Made by a program: the position numbers and the translations under genes. Positions 14,818-20,000 of a DNA stretch of 20,000 bases are shown here, piece after piece (position 1 is the first letter of the stretch; each line of letters starts with the position of its first letter). The DNA comes from an uncultured virus (IMG/VR IMGVR_UViG_3300040815_003350) (Duplodnaviria > Heunggongvirae > Uroviricota > Caudoviricetes). The notes under the pieces were generated by a model. The model saw only the letters and a list, made by a program, of their open reading frames with translations, was not told where the DNA came from and did no database searches. The DNA is taken from the IMG/VR virus record IMGVR_UViG_3300040815_003350. One strand, written 5' to 3'.

Positions 14818-16065
14818 GTGTTTTGGCTTATAGAAAATACTACACAACTCCAAGAATTTAGAAATAAAGGATTCAAAAAAGTCTTTATTGAACCTATTTA
14901 CTCTAACGACAATATTCACCCCTACCTAAGGGGTATAGTAGGATTCTATATTAGAGAAATTAATTATAGAAAAGGCTTCCTAATCAATGTAAATCATAGT
15001 GAAGCCACAAGTTGTGAATTAGGTGAAGTACTAAATCTAATAGGAGAATTTGAAGAGATATTTGTAAGGGATAGGAAGGAATTTTTACATATAGTACCCT
15101 TAAAGCAGCTTAGCGACATTCACTTTATCTCTCCTACGGATATCCCAGACTCATTCCCATGCCACGATTTTTTCTATAGGAAATACCCCCACATAGGCAA
15201 CATAGGTAGCATAATCCCGATAGTAAAGCATTATGAACGTTGTGAGACAATATTTAACGCCGTACAACATGTATTCTCGCTACCTAAACCACAACACTTT
15301 GAGTTTTACAATAATAAAGCCACAAACGTATTCTATTGGATCGAATCAATGGGACTTAAAGTCGATCCTAAATTATTTGAGGAACATTTTGGTGTAGAAA
15401 AGGAATGGACTTACTCGCAGTTTAATTTAAAAACAACTACAACAAGACCCTCGAATTCATTTGGTGGAATTAATTATGCTGCTTTAGATAAAAAATCGGG
15501 TTGTAGAGAGGCGTTTGTTCCCGATAATGACTTTTTGTTAGAAATTGACATTAGCGCTTACCACCCTACTTTGGCAGCACAATTGGTAGATTTTGATTTT
15601 GGTGAAGGAGACATACACCAAGCGTTTGCTGACATGTATGGGGTTGATTATAAGAAAGCTAAGGAGTTAACGTTTAAACAGCTATACGGAGGAGTATTTA
15701 AGGAGTATAAAGACCTTGAATTCTTTAAAAGGGTAGAAAAATATATAGAGGATATAAGTAGTAAAGAAGAAGTTGTCTGTAAATCTGGATACGTTTTTAA
15801 AACAGACATGAAAAAACAGAAGCTGTTTAATTACATACTTCAAAACACGGAAACATATTATAATGTGCTTATACTAGAGGAAATTATCCGTATACTCAAA
15901 AACAGTGAAACTAAGATTGTTCACTACACTTACGATTCTTTCTTGTTAGATGTATCTAAGGAGGAAAAGTATGTGGTGTTAAATATTTTAGCTATATTCA
16001 AAAGGTTCGGGTTTTCTACCAAAGTAGAAGCGGGCCATAATTATGGGGTTTTACAAAAGGTATAA
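14818..16065 (+). CDS. polA: Minimal, divergent family A DNA polymerase-like protein (415 aa; degenerate 3'-5' exonuclease region, no 5'-3' exonuclease)
   Basis: TTTRPSN...NYAAL (equivalent to TGRLSS..PNLQN), motif A EIDISAYHP, motif B AKELTFKQLYGG, FNYILQN, motif C TYDSFLLD. GTG start directly after the upstream stop. Confidence 0.75.
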   Translation: MFWLIENTTQLQEFRNKGFKKVFIEPIYSNDNIHPYLRGIVGFYIREINYRKGFLINVNHSEATSCELGEVLNLIGEFEEIFVRDRKEFLHIVPLKQLSDIHFISPTDIPDSFPCHDFFYRKYPHIGNIGSIIPIVKHYERCETIFNAVQHVFSLPKPQHFEFYNNKATNVFYWIESMGLKVDPKLFEEHFGVEKEWTYSQFNLKTTTTRPSNSFGGINYAALDKKSGCREAFVPDNDFLLEIDISAYHPTLAAQLVDFDFGEGDIHQAFADMYGVDYKKAKELTFKQLYGGVFKEYKDLEFFKRVEKYIEDISSKEEVVCKSGYVFKTDMKKQKLFNYILQNTETYYNVLILEEIIRILKNSETKIVHYTYDSFLLDVSKEEKYVVLNILAIFKRFGFSTKVEAGHNYGVLQKV

Positions 16066-16073
16066 TATTTATA
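16066..16073 (+). promoter_or_regulatory. TATTTATA motif, candidate late promoter
   Basis: Third exact intergenic copy, 16 nt upstream of ATG 16090. Confidence 0.45.
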
Positions 16074-16089
16074 CCCAAAACCCTAGATA

Positions 16090-16476
16090 ATGAATAATAA
16101 GCTATTTTGTACCTTTACAAGTTTGGATGACTTGGAGAAGACGATTGTAGAGGTAAAATCTAGCTACGATATACTCTATAAGAAAATCTTTGTCTTATAC
16201 ATAAAAAGCAATGATGAGTACGTGTGTACTTACAACGTGGAGCCCAGTAGCGTGGAGTCGATTTTACCCAATACAATATTAGTACACAGAAAGAAAGAGT
16301 CAAATACTCTATATACAATAAATGCTCTTAACGAGTTAATAAAACTTCTAAATGGAGGTGTGGTTGATGTAAGATACAAGGTGAACTGGCAGCATTATAG
16401 AAATACAATTTTGTTAACTCAACACAACGAGCTTAAGCAGTTAAAAACGAGAATCCACGAAATCATTGAACTTTAA
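16090..16476 (+). CDS. Hypothetical phage protein (128 aa) in the replication module
   Basis: Clean ORF between the polA-like and ssb genes. Motif-like stretch VHRKKESNTLYTINALN. Confidence 0.75.
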   Translation: MNNKLFCTFTSLDDLEKTIVEVKSSYDILYKKIFVLYIKSNDEYVCTYNVEPSSVESILPNTILVHRKKESNTLYTINALNELIKLLNGGVVDVRYKVNWQHYRNTILLTQHNELKQLKTRIHEIIEL

Positions 16477-16508
16477 TTTGGGGTTCTGAATTTGCGTTCG
16501 TATGTTTA
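16477..16508 (+). promoter_or_regulatory. Bacteroidota-type promoter candidate (TTTG-N20-TATGTTTA) upstream of ssb
   Basis: TTTG at 16477-16480 and TATGTTTA at 16501-16508, one mismatch to TAnnTTTG, with a 20-nt spacer. Confidence 0.5.
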
Positions 16509-16540
16509 CGCAAAAGTTATATTAAAAAATTAGTTACATT

Positions 16541-17344
16541 ATGGATTTAAATGCTATTCGAAGCAAGCTGAATTCACTTCAGCAAACAAACAAAGGTGGT
16601 GGTGGAAGCGACCGTAGCCTTTTCTGGAAGCCTAGTGTGGGTAAACAAGTTATCCGCATTGTTCCTAACAAGTTCAACAAATCTAATCCTTTTACGGAGG
16701 TTTACTTCCACTATGGGATTGGTGAACGTACGATGATTTCACCTATTAATTTTGGTGAAAAAGACCCTATCGTTGAGTTCGCGAAGCAACTTCGCAACAC
16801 TAGCGATAAGGAAAATTGGCGTTTGGCTAAAAAGCTTGACCCCAAGATGCGTGTATTTGCTCCTGTTATTGTTCGTGGCGAAGAACACGAAGGAGTAAAG
16901 TTGTGGCAGTTTGGTAAGAACACTTACCTTGATTTCCTCTCACTTGCTGATGATGATGATATTGGTGATTACACCGACATTCACCAGGGTCGTGACATTA
17001 CAGTAGACACCGTTGGTCCTGACGTTACAGGTACTGCTTATAACAAGTCTTCTGTTCGTGTTAAGACGAAGCAAACACCACTTGGTGATGCTGACCAGAT
17101 CCAGCAGTGGTTGGATGATCAAAAGAACCCAATGGAGGTCTTTAAGCGTCACTCATTTGAGGATATGAAAAACAATCTCCAAACATTCTTGGCACCTGAA
17201 GAGGCAGCTCAAGAAGGAGATATTATTGATGAAGGAAAGACTGACGATCTCCCTTTTGATAAAGGGGGGTCACAAAACAACTATGCTCTGAAGACCCCCC
17301 AGAAGCAAAATAAAGTTGATAAATTTGATGAATTGTTTAGCTAA
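16541..17344 (+). CDS. ssb: Single-stranded DNA-binding protein, T4 gp32-like
   Basis: FWKPSVGKQVIRIVP, PFTEVYFHY, DPIVEF, GVKLWQFGK, DYTDIHQGRDITV, and an acidic tail. Sits directly before the recombinase and shows high-expression-type codon use (cgt, ggt, aac, ttc). Confidence 0.8.
   Translation: MDLNAIRSKLNSLQQTNKGGGGSDRSLFWKPSVGKQVIRIVPNKFNKSNPFTEVYFHYGIGERTMISPINFGEKDPIVEFAKQLRNTSDKENWRLAKKLDPKMRVFAPVIVRGEEHEGVKLWQFGKNTYLDFLSLADDDDIGDYTDIHQGRDITVDTVGPDVTGTAYNKSSVRVKTKQTPLGDADQIQQWLDDQKNPMEVFKRHSFEDMKNNLQTFLAPEEAAQEGDIIDEGKTDDLPFDKGGSQNNYALKTPQKQNKVDKFDELFS
17251..17300 (+). other. Candidate -1 programmed ribosomal frameshift signal in ssb (C_CCT_TTT, 6-nt spacer, GGGGGGTC/GACCCCCC stem)
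   Basis: In-frame X_XXY_YYZ heptamer at 17251-17257. The -1 frame reads CCC TTT TGA. Perfect 8-bp inverted repeat at 17264-17271 / 17293-17300. Confidence 0.6.
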
Positions 17345-18423
17345 TGCCTAGAGGAAAGAAAGCATCATTATCAGCGGCTGTCTCTAATGAACTTAAGGCG
17401 AATTTTGACCTTGGTAAGTTTAAGGAGAAAAAAATGCTTAACTCGAATGTTAAGTTTAAGCCACAACAATGGATCCCACTTTCCCAAGCATTCCAGGATG
17501 TAACTTCAATACCTGGCATTCCCGCAGGACATATTGTTCTGCTCCGAGGCCACTCTGATACCGGCAAGACAACCGCCTTGATTGAGGCGGCTGTCTCTGC
17601 CCAAAAGAGAGGCATCCTCCCAGTGTTTATTATCACTGAGATGAAGTGGAATTGGGAACATGCCCAACAAATGGGATTGGAGTTGAATACTGAAGTAGAT
17701 GAGGAAACTGGAGAAGTTCTAAATTACAATGGACAGTTCATTTATGTAGATAGAGAAACTATTAACTCTATTGAAGACGTAGCAGCATTTATCTTAGATT
17801 TGCTTGATGAACAAAAGAAAGGTAATCTTCCTTATGATTTGCTTTTCTTGTGGGATTCAATTGGATCAGTTCCTTGTGAGATGTCTATTAAATCAAACAA
17901 GAACAACAATGAATGGAACGCAGGTGCTATGTCTACCCAATTTGGTAACAACGTAAACCAGCGTATTACACTTTCACGTAAGGAAAGTAGCCCATTTACC
18001 AATACACTTGTGTGTATTAATAAGGTATGGACACTTAAACCTGAATCACCTATGGGTAAACCCAAGTTGATGAATAAAGGTGGGTATGCTATGTGGTTTG
18101 ATTCAACATTTGTAGTAACATTTGGTAATGTAATGTCTGCTGGTACCTCTAAAATTAAAGCAATCAAAGATGGTAAGCAGGTTGAATTTGCCAAACGTAC
18201 TAATCTACAAATTGATAAAAATCATATTAATGGTGTTACTACTAGAGGTAAAATTGTAATGACACCTCATGGGTTCATTAATGACGATGATAAAGAGATC
18301 AAATCCTATAAAAATGACCACGCAGAAGCTTGGAGAGAAGTTTTAGGGGGCGTAGATTTCGACATCATTGAAGAAGATCAAGAAGTACAAGATATCTCGC
18401 ACTTCGAGAAAGAACCCGACTAA
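17344..18423 (+). CDS. recA: RecA/UvsX-like recombinase
   Basis: Walker A GHSDTGKTT after GIPAGHIVLL, Walker B LFLWDSIGS, LVCINKVW and NKGGYAMWF (equivalent to TxGGxALKF), QIDKNHI. Confidence 0.85.
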   Translation: MPRGKKASLSAAVSNELKANFDLGKFKEKKMLNSNVKFKPQQWIPLSQAFQDVTSIPGIPAGHIVLLRGHSDTGKTTALIEAAVSAQKRGILPVFIITEMKWNWEHAQQMGLELNTEVDEETGEVLNYNGQFIYVDRETINSIEDVAAFILDLLDEQKKGNLPYDLLFLWDSIGSVPCEMSIKSNKNNNEWNAGAMSTQFGNNVNQRITLSRKESSPFTNTLVCINKVWTLKPESPMGKPKLMNKGGYAMWFDSTFVVTFGNVMSAGTSKIKAIKDGKQVEFAKRTNLQIDKNHINGVTTRGKIVMTPHGFINDDDKEIKSYKNDHAEAWREVLGGVDFDIIEEDQEVQDISHFEKEPD

Positions 18424-19460
18424 TGAATAAAAAAGATTATCTAAAGATGCTCAATAGTATTGAGCAAGGGGAAGAACCAACTAAGCCCGGACAGCACGAG
18501 CGTGTAGTCTTTATAGACGGACTCAACCTGTTTTTGAGGAACTTTGCTATATTAAATTTTGTAAACTCAAGCGGTACTCACATAGGTGGTTTAGCAGGCT
18601 TCCTCCGTTCTTTAGGTGCTCTCATAAATCAAATACAACCAACCTCAATATATATAGTGTTCGACGGAGTGGGTGCCTCCACTAACAGGAGGTACCTACT
18701 CCCAGAATACAAAACGGGTAGGAATTTAAATAGAATTACCAACTGGGACATCTTTGAAGATATTGGAGATGAAAATGATGCTAAAGTAGATCAGATTATT
18801 CGTTTGATTCAGTACTTGAAGTGTCTCCCAGTTAAGGTAGTTTCTATGGATAAGGTAGAGGCAGACGATATTATAGCTTATATGTCAAAGGACATGGCTA
18901 AACGCTTTAATACTAAGTCATATATTGTCTCTAGTGACAGAGATTTCCTACAGCTCGTGGATGATAACGTAACAGTTTACCGTCCTATAGAACGAGAATT
19001 TTACGATCCTAGAACCGTAAAAGAAAAGTTTGGTATTGTCCCTGAAAACTTTATTCATTATAAAGTACTATTAGGTGATGCTTCTGATAAAGTACCTGGT
19101 ATTAAGGGGTTAGGTAAAAAGGGTGTACTTAAACGATTCCCTGAACTAGCAGATGGCCCTATGCCATTTGATAGGTTATTTGATTTAAGTGAGGAACGAC
19201 TCAAAGAAAGTGTAGTGTATGCTAGGGTAATTCAAGATTGGGACAAGCTCCAGAACACTAAAAAAATTATGGATCTTGAAGAACCAATGGTTTCGGATGA
19301 AGAAAAAGAATATCTTTCTCAATTCCCCTTGGAACCACTTAATGAATTGCGTATCTTAGAGTTTATGAGTTTATACACTGAGGATGGACTCAATCATATT
19401 ATAAAGAACACTGAATTTTGGTTAAAAGATACATTTACGAGGTTGTGTTATGACACTTAA
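18423..19460 (+). CDS. 5'-3' exonuclease / flap endonuclease (Pol I N-terminal domain / T4 RNase H family)
   Basis: FIDGLNLFLR, IVFDG, PEYKTGR, EADDIIA, IVSSDRDFLQL and LGDASDKVPGIKGLGKK (helix-3-turn-helix). Confidence 0.9.
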   Translation: MNKKDYLKMLNSIEQGEEPTKPGQHERVVFIDGLNLFLRNFAILNFVNSSGTHIGGLAGFLRSLGALINQIQPTSIYIVFDGVGASTNRRYLLPEYKTGRNLNRITNWDIFEDIGDENDAKVDQIIRLIQYLKCLPVKVVSMDKVEADDIIAYMSKDMAKRFNTKSYIVSSDRDFLQLVDDNVTVYRPIEREFYDPRTVKEKFGIVPENFIHYKVLLGDASDKVPGIKGLGKKGVLKRFPELADGPMPFDRLFDLSEERLKESVVYARVIQDWDKLQNTKKIMDLEEPMVSDEEKEYLSQFPLEPLNELRILEFMSLYTEDGLNHIIKNTEFWLKDTFTRLCYDT

Positions 19461-20000
19461 TAGCTTAGCAACATACGGCACAGCGTTTCAAGTCAAAGTA
19501 TTATCATCACTTCTTACACACAAAGAGTTCTTACAGAACATTAATGATGTGTTAAGTGAAGAGTATTTTGATAACCAAGCGCACAAATGGATCATTGGGC
19601 AGATCCTAGATTATTACGAAAAATACCACACAACACCAACAATGGAGGTGTTAAAAGTGGAAATGAAGAAGGTATCAAACGAAGTACTCCAACTTTCAGT
19701 TAAGGAACAACTTCGTGAAGCATACCAAGCTTCAAATGAAGACCTAGAATATGTAGAAAAGGAATTTTCTTCATTTTGTAAAAACCAGCAACTTAAGAAA
19801 GCACTATTAAGCTCAGTTGATCTCCTTAATTCTGGGGACTTTGAATCAATCAGAGGTCTTATTGATAATGCTCTTAAAGCAGGTGCTGAAAAAAACATAG
19901 GACATGAATATATCAAAGATACTGAAGCTCGTTATAGAGAAGAAGCAAGAACTATTGTTGCGACCCCCTGGGAAAAATTTAATGACCTTATGCAGGGAGG
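19450..20000 (+). CDS. dnaB: Replicative helicase, DnaB/T4 gp41-like, N-terminal part (3'-truncated)
   Basis: Translated by hand from ATG 19450, open to the window end: MTLNSLATYGTAFQVKVLSSLL...EYFDNQAHKWI...FCKNQQLKKAL...IGHEY...IVATPWEKFNDLMQG. The ATPase motifs lie beyond the window. Confidence 0.75.
   Translation, partial: MTLNSLATYGTAFQVKVLSSLLTHKEFLQNINDVLSEEYFDNQAHKWIIGQILDYYEKYHTTPTMEVLKVEMKKVSNEVLQLSVKEQLREAYQASNEDLEYVEKEFSSFCKNQQLKKALLSSVDLLNSGDFESIRGLIDNALKAGAEKNIGHEYIKDTEARYREEARTIVATPWEKFNDLMQG

Noticed and set aside
14818..16065. polA-like gene as a pseudogene
   Set aside because: Intact ORF with both catalytic Asp residues and motif B preserved, and tightly coupled to its neighbours. 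Better read as a divergent minimal enzyme.
368..19916. Remaining short minus-strand and nested ORFs in the track (e.g. 368-571, 6083-6283, 9665-9865, 17337-17636, 17832-18194, 19614-19916)
   Set aside because: They overlap well-supported + strand genes and have no recognisable motifs.
1..20000. Alternative genetic code (stop codon reassignment), as in some large phages
   Set aside because: Standard-code ORFs tile the window almost completely with coupled stop/start junctions. No genes appear fragmented by TAG or TGA.

Overview
AT-rich, gene-dense, single-strand (+) segment of a large tailed phage genome with T4-like replication genes, probably infecting a Bacteroidota host (TTTG-N20-TA promoter-like motifs, A-rich starts with little Shine-Dalgarno signal, DDLPF SSB tip). 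It has three modules. (1) 1-10308: virion fibre/decoration genes, including an 814-aa protein with 105 uninterrupted Gly-X-Ser/Asp/Asn triplets, fibre proteins sharing terminal motifs, two tiny paralogous ORFs missed by the ORF track, a structured GC-rich leader (6108-6194) and an Rmt2/GAMT-like methyltransferase. (2) 10345-14817: a glycosylation cassette with two bi-domain glycosyltransferases (one carries a TibC/Aah-type protein O-heptosyltransferase domain) and a DUF6165-like gene. (3) 14818-20000: a replication/recombination module with a minimal, atypical family A polymerase, a hypothetical protein, a gp32-like SSB, a RecA/UvsX recombinase, a 5'-3' exonuclease and a partial DnaB/gp41 helicase. 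The strongest novel signal is a candidate -1 programmed frameshift in the SSB gene (C_CCT_TTT, 6-nt spacer, 8-bp GC stem) that would yield a second isoform ending exactly in the bacterial SSB tip DDLPF. Other leads are a putative phage system for O-glycosylating Ser/Thr-rich virion fibres, a start-codon-sequestering structured leader, and a PolA lacking the steric-gate Glu. All family assignments come from motif recognition by eye, not database searches.
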